Origin: Sedimentisphaerales bacterium
Lineage (GTDB): Bacteria; Planctomycetota; Phycisphaerae; Sedimentisphaerales; Anaerobacaceae
Assembly (NCBI GenBank): GCA_963708075.1
Contig: OY970194.1
Span: 7,296,001 to 7,360,000 of the forward strand
Length of the DNA: 64,000 bases
Direction: 5' to 3'
The position numbers were made by a program, and so were the translations under genes. Positions within the stretch are counted from its first letter, which is position 1; each line of letters opens with the position of its first letter. The notes beneath the pieces are model-generated. The model had not been told where the DNA came from. It did not search any database and saw only the letters and a program-made list of their open reading frames with translations. Positions 1 through 9,777 of this stretch are shown here, one piece after another.

Positions 1-1212
1 TCACTCCAGCCGGCCTATCCCGCGATGTGCCAGATGCCGGCCGACCTGGAACCCGGCGCAACGTACTACTGGCGTGTCGATCAAATCGATGGGAGTGGAA
101 AAGTCTGCACCGGCGATGTGTGGCACTTTGTGGCCGCACCCAACACGGCATACTCCCCCAGTCCTCGCGATGGGGACAAATGGATCAGGACGGATGCCAT
201 TCTGAGTTGGTTGCCGGGACGGACGGCAACAGCACACGAGGTGTTCTTCGGCACGCACAAGCAGGCCGTAGTCGCGCGTGATGCGAGTGTGTTCCAGGCA
301 AGCCAGGTTGCACCAATCTACGGTCCGGGGCCTCTGGAGCCCGGCGCCACGTATTACTGGGCGGTCGATGAGTTGGATGGCGGCAGCAGGTATGAGGGCT
401 CCGTCTGGAGCTTCACCACGTTCTCTGACGGCGGAGTGAAAGCGGAGTATTTCTCCAATATGACACTCTCGGGCAACCCGGCCGTCACGCAAATGGAAGA
501 TCAGATTGATCATGATTGGGGCGAAGGCACGATTGCAGCCCTGCTCAATGATGGTGTCTCGGCACGATGGACGGCTGACCTGGAGATCGCGATCTCCGAC
601 ACCTACACCTTCATTACCACAAGCGATGACGGCGTTCGGCTGTGGCTCGACGGTAAGCTGCTCATCGACAACTGGACGGGTCACGGTCCGATGGATGACT
701 ACAGCCGCCCCGTAGAACTGGCGCCTGGAATCTATAGTTTGCGGATGGAATGGTATGAGGTGTGGATGGGCGCCATGGTCCAGCTCTGGTGGCAAACGCC
801 GTCCACGAGCCGACAGATCGTCCCGGCCGGTCCCCTCCAGCCACCGCTGCGGGCCGGGCCGCTCTTCCCCGCAAACGGCGATGTGAATATGCCGGGGAAT
901 GTCGCGATCAAATGGTTGGCGGGCGATCTGGCCGTCGCACATGATGTGTACTTCGGCCGAGATGCCGAAGCGGTCGCTGCAGCCACACCGGCTGATACGG
1001 CCATCTATCAGGGTCGCCTGCCGCTGGATCAGACGACATGGACTCCGGGTCCGCTGGAATGTAACCAGACCTACTACTGGCGAGTCGATGAGATCAATCC
1101 CGACGAGCCCGACAGTCCGTGGCGGGGTCGCATTTACAGCTTCACCACGGCAGCCTGCTCACCGCCTACTACTCCCAGCGTGGTCAGACGCGGGTCCCCA
1201 GCCGGGCGATGA
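1..1212 (+). CDS. 5'-truncated multidomain protein, probably secreted, with PA14 domain and Ig/Fn3-like 'TYYWRVDE..G.VWSFTT' repeats
   Basis: The frame is open from base 1. It has three LEPGATYYW(R/A)VD..WSFTT-type repeats and a PA14 signature (YTFITTSDDGVRLWLDGKLLIDNW...LRMEWYE). Confidence 0.85.
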   Translation, partial: SLQPAYPAMCQMPADLEPGATYYWRVDQIDGSGKVCTGDVWHFVAAPNTAYSPSPRDGDKWIRTDAILSWLPGRTATAHEVFFGTHKQAVVARDASVFQASQVAPIYGPGPLEPGATYYWAVDELDGGSRYEGSVWSFTTFSDGGVKAEYFSNMTLSGNPAVTQMEDQIDHDWGEGTIAALLNDGVSARWTADLEIAISDTYTFITTSDDGVRLWLDGKLLIDNWTGHGPMDDYSRPVELAPGIYSLRMEWYEVWMGAMVQLWWQTPSTSRQIVPAGPLQPPLRAGPLFPANGDVNMPGNVAIKWLAGDLAVAHDVYFGRDAEAVAAATPADTAIYQGRLPLDQTTWTPGPLECNQTYYWRVDEINPDEPDSPWRGRIYSFTTAACSPPTTPSVVRRGSPAGR

Positions 1213-2144
1213 GTGCCCGGGAAGCGGCGCTTCACCAAACCGCGGACGATCACTGTGAAGGCCAGGGTCGGCATCTTCATCGATTTGACCGTGACCAATC
1301 GTGAACCCTGGCGGGCAACGTCTCCGACGTCATCATCGCCGGGACTGTTTCAGGGCAGCGGCAGATCGCTGATATCAGCGGTGTCAATCCGAGCAACAGT
1401 CCCGGCAGTTTTCATGTCACAAACGAGGATGCTTTCGGGCATCGGGGCACGATCTTTCACCGGGAATCGGATGCACCGCTCACGATGGAATAGAACGAAT
1501 GGAGGGTCCCGCCTGCCCACCCTCTGACCCTCGGCGTGGACGCCGCAGCGGTCGAGAGCATCTCCGGGCATTGACGACTGTGACCGACTAGCCAAAGCCG
1601 GCTCAGGGATAGTCCACTTCGATGATACCACGGTGCCGCGCCTTCAGTTTCGACTTGGAGTGCCCTGCGCGCTGCCGAGCGACCTGAATCGGAAAGTGTC
1701 GCGCCCGGTTCCTGATCGCCGATTCCCACAGATTCTGAGGTGTATGAGTGTACCTCCCATCAACCTTCCTTCCCGTCGGCAACCCCTGAACGGAGGAAGC
1801 GTTCTGTGATTCGCATCAGGGGCAGACCTATCATCCGTCGGGCATGCTTAGGATAACTAAGGGAAAGAAGTAAGCGAGAATGCATGTTTTGCTCAGTTGG
1901 CACGTCTGTGCCGTCGGCCATAGAATGCGGGTTACAGAATCGGCAGGTTTCCACAGGAAACTGAGAAGGACGAGTGATGAATGAGAGTGCCCGTAAATGC
2001 AGGGGATGCTGAGGCGGTGTCGTGCCGATTCAGTTCGCAACACGGAGTTGACGATCTCCAGGAGACAAAGGAGAAGACGTGCAGAAGAGACATTTCGAAT
2101 TCATCGGGATAGTAACGCGGAAAGAACCACCTTTAGGAGGAACA

Positions 2145-2537
2145 ATGATGCCAAGGAAGCGCAAGCATGTGGAAGCAGTGAGAAGTCCGCACACGACGAA
2201 GGTGCCGTTTGCGGTGGGTGCTCTGACTCTGTTGATTCTGCTGGTAGCGTTCGGTGATGTTGCCAGTGCGCAAGCCAGTACGTTCAACACTCTTGCGGCG
2301 AATATGGTTCAGAGCATCCTGAGTCCGAGCGCGGTCGATACGAAGGGTCCCGGTGCGAAAGGCGTGGTCGTGCCGCCAAAGCCGACTCTCCGCAGTCCGT
2401 ACCAGCCGCCATCGTGGACGCCCGGTCCACCGCCTTGGGCACCGGGTAAGCCAGACTGGGTTCCCGGACCGCCGCCGTGGGCGTCCAACAAGGTGAACAA
2501 CGCTCAGAAATCCACGCCTGCGAAAGCAAAGCGGTGA
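2145..2537 (+). CDS. Small secreted or membrane-anchored Pro-rich protein with 4x xPxWxPG heptad repeats
   Basis: AGGAGG RBS at 2135-2140 before the ATG at 2145. Basic N-terminus, hydrophobic stretch and ASA-QA signal-like site. Repeats PPSWTPG/PPPWAPG/KPDWVPG/PPPWASN at 2406-2489. Confidence 0.75.
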   Translation: MMPRKRKHVEAVRSPHTTKVPFAVGALTLLILLVAFGDVASAQASTFNTLAANMVQSILSPSAVDTKGPGAKGVVVPPKPTLRSPYQPPSWTPGPPPWAPGKPDWVPGPPPWASNKVNNAQKSTPAKAKR

Positions 2538-2765
2538 ACGCGGGCAGGCACCAAGCCAAAGGCGGACAGCAGGTGATTCCCATGATTCGCAGAGCCCCCT
2601 GGGCTCGGATTGCTCGGAAATGAAGGGCGTGACGGGCCCAGGGAGCGCCACAAACTGCAAATACCATAAGCAGCGTTCAGGCATAGAAGGGAATTTCTGC
2701 GCCAATCCTCAGGCGGGGCGGCATGGCTTCTGCAGAGGGGCGCGACACGACACTCGGGGGGAAGA

Positions 2766-3932
2766 ATGGACTCTGATGAGAAGAGCTTGTGTCGGTCCGG
2801 CAAGCGGCACACCACCAGAACGCGTACGAACTTCCTCGTATCGCTGGTTGTGGCAGGATGTCTGGCCGGTTGTGGGGACGGGGTTCGAATGCCTACAGCG
2901 GAACAACTCGCGGCCTTTGAGAAAACAAGCTACATGGAGCCCGTGGTCGATATGTCCCGGATCGAGAGGGCCAGACTCTACACGGGTCCTTACCGCGTGA
3001 TCCCCGGCGACGTGCTGGAATTCACGATGCCCGCTTTGCTGCGAGCGATCAGGGCGGCGGAGGTCCAGGCGGCACAGGCGCCCACGAGGGACGATCAGCC
3101 CTATATCTGCCGGGTCAACACGCGGGGCACAATCACATTGCCCGCCATTGGCGAGATAGGGGTGACGGGGATGTCGCTCGCCGAGATCGAGGAAAAAGTG
3201 ATCGAAGCCTACCAGCGTTACGTCGTTCTGCAGCCCTCCGTCTTCATTCGGGTGTTGGAATACAGGACCGCGAAAGTGTACATTACAGGCGCCGTCAAAG
3301 AACCGGGCGTCTATACGCTTCGATCGGATCAGATGACGCTGGTGTCGCTGATCACGGAGGCGAATGGCATCTCGGAATCCGGCGCGACCGTCGTGCGCAT
3401 CGTCAGGTCGAAGGACCAGACCGTGCCTGCAGAGAACAGGGAACTCGAGAGGGCCGCGAACCGGAGGACGAATTCCACGCCGGCCGGTATTGTCCTTCCG
3501 GTGGTGGGGATGAACATACCGTTCCGTGACGTGGCCCTCGATGAAGGCGACACTGTGGTGGTCGAGCAGATTCAGATGCCTCTATTCTCGGTCCTGGGCC
3601 TGGTGACCAAGCCTGGCAACTTCGAGTATCCGCCGACGGCAGAGTACAATCTCGCGCAGGCGATCGCGTTCGCAGGAGGCCTGGATCCGATAGCCGATCC
3701 TCACTATGCCACGATCTACCGTTTGAATGGAGATGGCTCCATCCTGCGGATTCCCTTCGAGTTCGTGAAGAAGGACGAGCTCACGGAGGCGTTAAGCACG
3801 CGGATCCGGCCCGGGGATGTGGTGGCCGTCGAACATACACCCCGGACACGGGTCAACACATTAATCAACAACCTGGTCAGGATCAACGCAGGCATTTATG
3901 TCGCGGCTGACGACTTGTGGAATAAGGACTGA
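2766..3932 (+). CDS. wza: Polysaccharide export lipoprotein (Poly_export + SLBB domains)
   Basis: Lipobox LAGC, YRVIPGDVL, GTITLPAIGEIGVTGMSLAEIE, VYITGAVKEPGVY and a second SLBB (VLGLVTKPGNF). Lies upstream of wzc. Confidence 0.9.
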   Translation: MDSDEKSLCRSGKRHTTRTRTNFLVSLVVAGCLAGCGDGVRMPTAEQLAAFEKTSYMEPVVDMSRIERARLYTGPYRVIPGDVLEFTMPALLRAIRAAEVQAAQAPTRDDQPYICRVNTRGTITLPAIGEIGVTGMSLAEIEEKVIEAYQRYVVLQPSVFIRVLEYRTAKVYITGAVKEPGVYTLRSDQMTLVSLITEANGISESGATVVRIVRSKDQTVPAENRELERAANRRTNSTPAGIVLPVVGMNIPFRDVALDEGDTVVVEQIQMPLFSVLGLVTKPGNFEYPPTAEYNLAQAIAFAGGLDPIADPHYATIYRLNGDGSILRIPFEFVKKDELTEALSTRIRPGDVVAVEHTPRTRVNTLINNLVRINAGIYVAADDLWNKD

Positions 3933-3947
3933 TGGGCGGACCACAAT

Positions 3948-6244
3948 ATGGCTGACAGAGAGAGAAAGACGGCCGCTGCAGACGACGGTCGCGTGCCAGG
4001 CTCACAGGGGGTAGTCCGGGGGACAGGAGTGGGGGATGGTCTTTCCGAGAGCATGCTTGAGGTTCTCTGGCACCGCCGCTGGACTGTGCTGCTTACAGGC
4101 ATCCTGGCGCTTGGAGGGGCCATCGTCTATCTGCAGCGGGCCACGCCCCTGTACACGAGCACCTCGCGCGTTTACGTGGAGCAGACGGGTCCCAAGGTCT
4201 TTGACAAAGATGAGCAGGGCGTCATGACGCGCTCGACCAACTATCTCTTCACTCAGGCTGAATTGCTTCAGTCCACGGCGATCCTCTCCGACGTCCTGAA
4301 GACGCTGGATGCGGAACAAATCCGGACATTAGCCAATGTAAGCAACCCGATGCTTGTCCTTCGCAGAGGACTGATGACCGCCGTTGGCAGGAAGGATGAT
4401 CTCATCAGCATCTCCTTCAAGTCACCCTATCCCGATGAGGCGGCGCATGTTGTCAATACCGTAGTGGATTCGTACATCACGTTTCACGACCAGCGCAAGC
4501 GGAGCACCGGGGCCGAGGTGCTGAGGATCCTCAAAGACGAAAAAACCAAGCGGGATGACGAACTCGTCCGCAAGCTCAAGTGCATGGTGGAATTCCGCCA
4601 GAAGAACGAGGGACTGGCTTTCGGGACCGACCAGGACAGCAACGTGATTCTGCGCCGTCTGGAGCGGCTCTCGGAAGCGCTGACCGAGTCTCAACTGGCC
4701 GTCGTGGAGACCCAGACATTCTACCGGCTGGCCCGGGAGATGGCGGACGACCCGGCGACCCTCAGGCAATTCGTCGAGGCCCAGCGGGCCCGAGGAGTGT
4801 ATATCTCCGTCGCCAGCGAGGTGGCCTCGCTCCGATCGGACCTGAATCGCATCGAGCGTGACAGGGCCGATTCATTACGGGAGCTGAGAACCCGGCCATC
4901 CGGCGATTGCGGCCGTGAACGCGGAACTCGAGCGGCTCAAGAGGCAACTCCTCGAGCTGGACGTGGAGTATGCGAAAAGTCAGGTGGCCGTTGCCGAGCA
5001 GCAGTACCTCACCGCCAAGAAAAAGGAAGAAGAACTGAAGAAGTACTTTGAGGAGCAACGTCAGCAGGCCATCTTGTTGAACAATCAGTTGGCGGAATAC
5101 ACGATCCTTCAATCGGATTATGAGCAGACCAAGAAGCTCTGCGACCTGCTGGATGATCGGATCAAGGAGCTCGATGTCAGCGCGGAAGTCGGAGGCGCTG
5201 AACATCAGCATTCTCGAGACGGCCGAGCCGGCCACGGAGCCCTCTGACCCTCAAAAGGCAAGGATGATCGCCATGGCGTTGGGCCTGGGACTCTTCGCCG
5301 GCGTGGGCTTGGCGCTGGTGCGTGAAGGAAAGGACCAGCGGCTGCGCTCGACGGAGGAAATCTCCGCGCTGCTCGGACTGCCCGTCCTGGGGGTGATTCC
5401 CTCGATGGCCTCGCCTCGTCAGACGCCTGCGATTCGCGGGCAGAAGGTGCGGATCAGCCCGGACTCGCGTGAGGCCGAGGCCTTCCGCACGGTGCGCACC
5501 GCCGTGTTTTTCGGGGCGCCGAAGGACGAGGCCAGGACGATCCTGTTCACCTCGCCGGCGCCGGGCGAGGGCAAGAGCACGGTCACAGCCAACCTCGCGA
5601 TTGCCATGGCGCAGGCCGGGCAGAAGGTCCTGGTCGTCGATGCTGACTTCCGCCGTCCAATGCAGCACAAGATCTTCAGCCTCGATCGAAAGACCAAGGG
5701 GCTCAGCGCTGTTCTGGCGGGCCAGGCGACCCTGGAACAGGCCACCGAGCACACGGGATTGGAGAATCTGGATGTCATCACCTGCGGGCCGGACGTGCCG
5801 AACCCGGCCGAGATGCTCAACAGCGAGAGCTTCACCCGGATCATCGAGAAACTGACCAGCCAGTACGACCGGATTCTGGTTGACTCGCCGCCGGTCATGG
5901 CTGTCACCGACGCCCTGATCCTGGCGGCGGTGTGCGATGTGACCATCCTGGTCCTTCGGGCGGGGGCTTCAATGCGCAAGATCAGTATGCAGGCTCGCGA
6001 GGGTCTGGCGAGCGTGGATGCAAGGGTGTTGGGCGCCGTTGTCAACGATGTGTCGCACAAGGGCAGCCGGTATGGCTACTACGGCCGGTATGGCTACTAC
6101 TACCACTATGACTACGGCAAGAACGGCGGCCACAAGGGACACAGGCACTCCGGGCAGGCGGCCGCCGGGAGACTGACGACACAATCACGCGAGCCGATTG
6201 CAGATGCAGAGGGGAAATCACGCGATGGCACCATACGGAAATAA
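3948..6244 (+). CDS. wzc: Polysaccharide co-polymerase / BY tyrosine autokinase, split by two apparent +1 frameshifts (~4890, ~5194)
   Basis: N-terminal Wzz segment (LWHRRWTV..TPLYTSTSRV), coiled coil, Walker A SPAPGEGKST, VVDADFRRP, DSPP and the C-terminal Tyr cluster YGYYGRYGYYYHYDY. Removing one base at each site joins the three ORFs (ELRPGHPAI; EVGALNISILE). Confidence 0.9.
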
Positions 6245-7049
6245 CACGTTCGATGGATTCGATCCCGCCGCCGCGGCATCTGGACCTCGCGGCTTCACGG
6301 ATATCCATTGCCACTGTCTGCCCGCCCTGGATGACGGGCCACGGGACATCGCCGGGACCCTCTCCCTGTGCCGGGCGATGGTCGAAGACGGGATCAAGCA
6401 GGTTGTGGCGACACCCCATCAACTCGGGCGCTTCGACGGCCGCTATGAGGCTGGATTCATACGCCGCGCCGTCACAGAGTTGAACAGGGTTCTTCGTGAG
6501 AATGGAATCGCTCTGACTGTCCTGCCCGGCGCCGATGTTCGGCTTGACGAGCGAATCCCGCACCTTCTGGAGTCTGATGCGGTGCTGACGGTGGCTGACG
6601 CCGGGCAGTACCTGCTCCTCGAATTGCCGCACGAAGTCTTCATCGATCCGCAGGTCCTGCTGGAGCGGCTCAGAGAAATGGGAGTGATCGCGGTGATTAC
6701 CCACCCGGAGCGTCACAGCTTCCTGGCGTCCAATCCCACCTATGTGGATCGCTGGCTCGAGTATGGGGCCTGTTTGCAGATCACTGCCGGCAGTCTCCTG
6801 GGGTATTTCGGCCCACAGAGTGCCGAGGCGGCGATGACATTCCTCCACATGGATCTGGCCGTCGTGGTCGCCACGGATGCACACGGGACCGACACCAGAC
6901 CTCCGTGCATGACCGCGGCGTACCAGTGGCTGAGCAGGGAGTTGGGGCAAGCCGCGGCGGACATCGTGTGTGTCCGGAATCCGAGACGGGTAGTCGCCGG
7001 AGGCGAGCTGGCGCCCCTGGGCGAGGGTCTGCCCAAGGAGGCCAGGTGA
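6225..7049 (+). CDS. cpsB: PHP-family protein-tyrosine phosphatase (CpsB/CapC type)
   Basis: DIHCHCLPALDDG, ATPH, ITHPERH and ATDAHG motifs. Follows wzc. Confidence 0.92.
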   Translation: MAPYGNNTFDGFDPAAAASGPRGFTDIHCHCLPALDDGPRDIAGTLSLCRAMVEDGIKQVVATPHQLGRFDGRYEAGFIRRAVTELNRVLRENGIALTVLPGADVRLDERIPHLLESDAVLTVADAGQYLLLELPHEVFIDPQVLLERLREMGVIAVITHPERHSFLASNPTYVDRWLEYGACLQITAGSLLGYFGPQSAEAAMTFLHMDLAVVVATDAHGTDTRPPCMTAAYQWLSRELGQAAADIVCVRNPRRVVAGGELAPLGEGLPKEAR

Positions 7050-9641
7050 TGCGCTCGGGACGAATCTCTTTGTTTGCAGGCCAGCCTGTGGCGGAACGGC
7101 TCGACCGCGTCATCGAGATTCTGCTGATCGCACTGCTGGCGTTCAGCCCGCTGGCACTGGGGGTCGTACACGCCTGGAGTGAGCAGATCGTCATCATTCT
7201 CGCCGCAGCCATCAGTCTGGTATTCCTGGTGAAGCTCATGCTCAACGCGAGCGCATCGTTCGTCTGGTCCTGGGCGTATGTCCCCGTGGGAGCATTTGTT
7301 CTGGTCGTGGCCCTGCAACTGGCGCCTCTGCCATCGTCAATTGTCAGCGTCGTCTCTCCAAACACGGCGGCGACAAGGACGGAACTGCTGGCGGATTTGC
7401 CCGATTCGGAGCAACTGCTCTCCTCAATGACCTTGAGTTTCTATCCCAGCGCCACGCGACATGATCTTCGCCTGATCCTGGCGGTGGGGGCCGTCCTCAT
7501 CGTCGTGGCCAACGTCTATCGCCAGCCCCAGCGGATCAAGCGGCTTCTGACGGCCATTGCGGCCATCGGCGGAGCGATTGCTCTCCTGGCCCTGGCCCAG
7601 GACGTTGTGGGCAACGGCAAGATCTATTGGCTCGTGCCAACCTACGATCAGGCATCCTCCGGCACATTCATCAATCACAGCCATTACGGACAGTTCATGA
7701 ATCTGTCCATAGGGGCCGCCCTGGGCCTGCTGCTGGTCACACTGCATGAAGCATTCGATCGAGATCGGATCACACCAGCCAGAGTTGCCGAGTATCTCAG
7801 TTCTCCCGCAGGCAGGACGGCCAAGGTCCTGGTAGCCATGATGGTGCTGGGGGCCACCACGGTGTTCATCTCACTGACTCGGGGCGGAATGATCAGTATG
7901 CTCCTTGCCGCAACGTTCACCACATTGATGCTCAGTTGGCGCCAGGCGCTCAAGGGTCCGGGCTGGATCATGGTCCTGCTGGCGCTCGGGGCGTTTACTT
8001 GTATCCTGTACGTCGGTTTTGACCAGGTATACGACCGTCTTGCAACATTGCGAGATCTCCACGGGGCACAGTCCGGCCGCTGGCAGGTCGTCAAAGACAT
8101 CGCTCTGGCCTGGACCAGGTTTCCTCTCTTCGGCGTGGGCCTAGGCACCCACGGAGTGGTCTACCCGATGTTCGACCGTTCGACGACGGCGGCCCTGGCG
8201 ATGCACGCGGAGAATGAATATGCCCAGACCGCCGAGGAGAACCGGCCTGGCGGGCATTCTGGCCTTGGGCTGTCTCGCGGCCATCGTGTGGGCGCGATAT
8301 GGCAGGAGCATCAGCAGCAATTCTGTTCCCATTCGCTCGGCCGCTTATGGCCTGGGATTCGGCCTGCTTGCCGTCCTGGTTCACAGCCTCAGCGACTTCG
8401 GACAGCATTTGCCGGCCAACGCGATGCTCTCGGCAGTGTACTGTGGTCTGCTGATTGCGCTCGGTCACGCGGATCATCCAGGCAACCGGCATTTCCAGGG
8501 CTTGCCCAAGGGTGTGGCTGTCGTCGCCGCATGGCTGATCATTTTGCCCGGCGTTATTGGCATGTCGGGCTGGGCTCTGCTCGGTGCGAATCATGCTCGG
8601 ATCGCTGAGGCCAATTGGAACAAGGCGCTGACGGCGGAACGCCATTTGGAGGCGAGCAACTGGCAGGCAAACCAGGCGGCGTATGAATACCTGTTTACCC
8701 ATGCGATGGCTGCCGCACAGGCCGAATCCGACAACATCTACTATCAGCACTGGCTCGGGGTCTACAAATGGTTGTCGTTGACGCCCTATATTGATCCAAA
8801 CACGAAAGAATTAGGGCCGGAGGCGCTGTCATGGGCCAGGCAAATTGTGGACGAGCTGCACCAGGCTCGGCCTTTGTGCCCCACGTTTGGAGCCCTGTAC
8901 TGCGTCGTCGGCGAGATTGAGACGCTCGTGCTTGGCGACCCGAATGGCATAGAGCAGATTCGCAAGGGGTACCGGCTCGCTCCATGCGATCCAACCGTTT
9001 GCCTCGTGGCGGCACGGGTCGATATCGAAGAAGGCAAGACTGCGGATGCGTTTGCGAAGCTTGCTCGGTCTGTGCAATTGGATGAAAGCAGCTTCGAGCG
9101 GGCGGCACTATTGTGCATCAACGATCTGGATCGGGCGGATCTGGCATTGAAGCTCGCCGGAGATGATGCGGCTCGGCTTGCCCGTGTCGGAAGTTTGTTA
9201 GCCTCGTTGGATCACGGCTTGCCGGAGGCTTCCGCGACGGCTGATGCGCTCGATGCGAGCCACCACCAGGAACTTGTAGAGCGGGCCAGGGTCAAAGCGT
9301 TCGAGCAACTCAAAACGATGTGTGAGGCGTCCGATGCCCCCGCCTCGGCTCATGCGTCTCTGGCGAGCCTGTACCATCAGCAGAAGGATTATGAAGCGGC
9401 GATCCAGCACTATCGGCGTGCCGTGCAGTTGGATTATGACCAGTTCTATTGGCACTACACCCTGGCCACGCTGCTGGCACAGGTCGATCGCAACGACCAG
9501 GCGATTCATGAGGCGCGAATCTGCCTTCGCATTCGAGCAGACTATGCGCCTGCTAGACAGCTATTGGAAAATCTGATCGTCCGTCCCCCGACACCGCTGT
9601 CGCTTGAGACCGGTGGTGTTACACCGGGATACGCAGAGTAA
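7049..9641 (+). CDS. O-antigen ligase (Wzy_C) family membrane protein with C-terminal TPR region; apparent +1 frameshift at ~8240
   Basis: TGATG coupling to the upstream gene. GTFINHSHY, SLTRGG, PLFGVGLG, HAENEYAQTAE|ETG across the shift, HSLSDF, then TPR-like helices (AHASLASLYHQQKDYEAAIQHYRRAVQL). Confidence 0.85.
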
Positions 9642-9777
9642 CCGGGGCGGCGCGCTCCGGACGTGTATCCCGCATCAGTGGAGCACGGGTCGGTTGTACA
9701 CCGACGGGAACGGAGTCTGCGCGAATGGCGTAGCAAAAAGGTTGGCCGGAATCTATTTTCAGTTCCTGGATAGTACC

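Noticed and set aside
1897..1912. TTGGCACG...TGC as a sigma54 promoter
   Set aside because: The GG-to-GC spacing is 9 nt rather than the required 10.
2538..2765. ops/JUMPstart antitermination element before wza
   Set aside because: No GGCGGTAG-type match and no NusG paralogue in the window.
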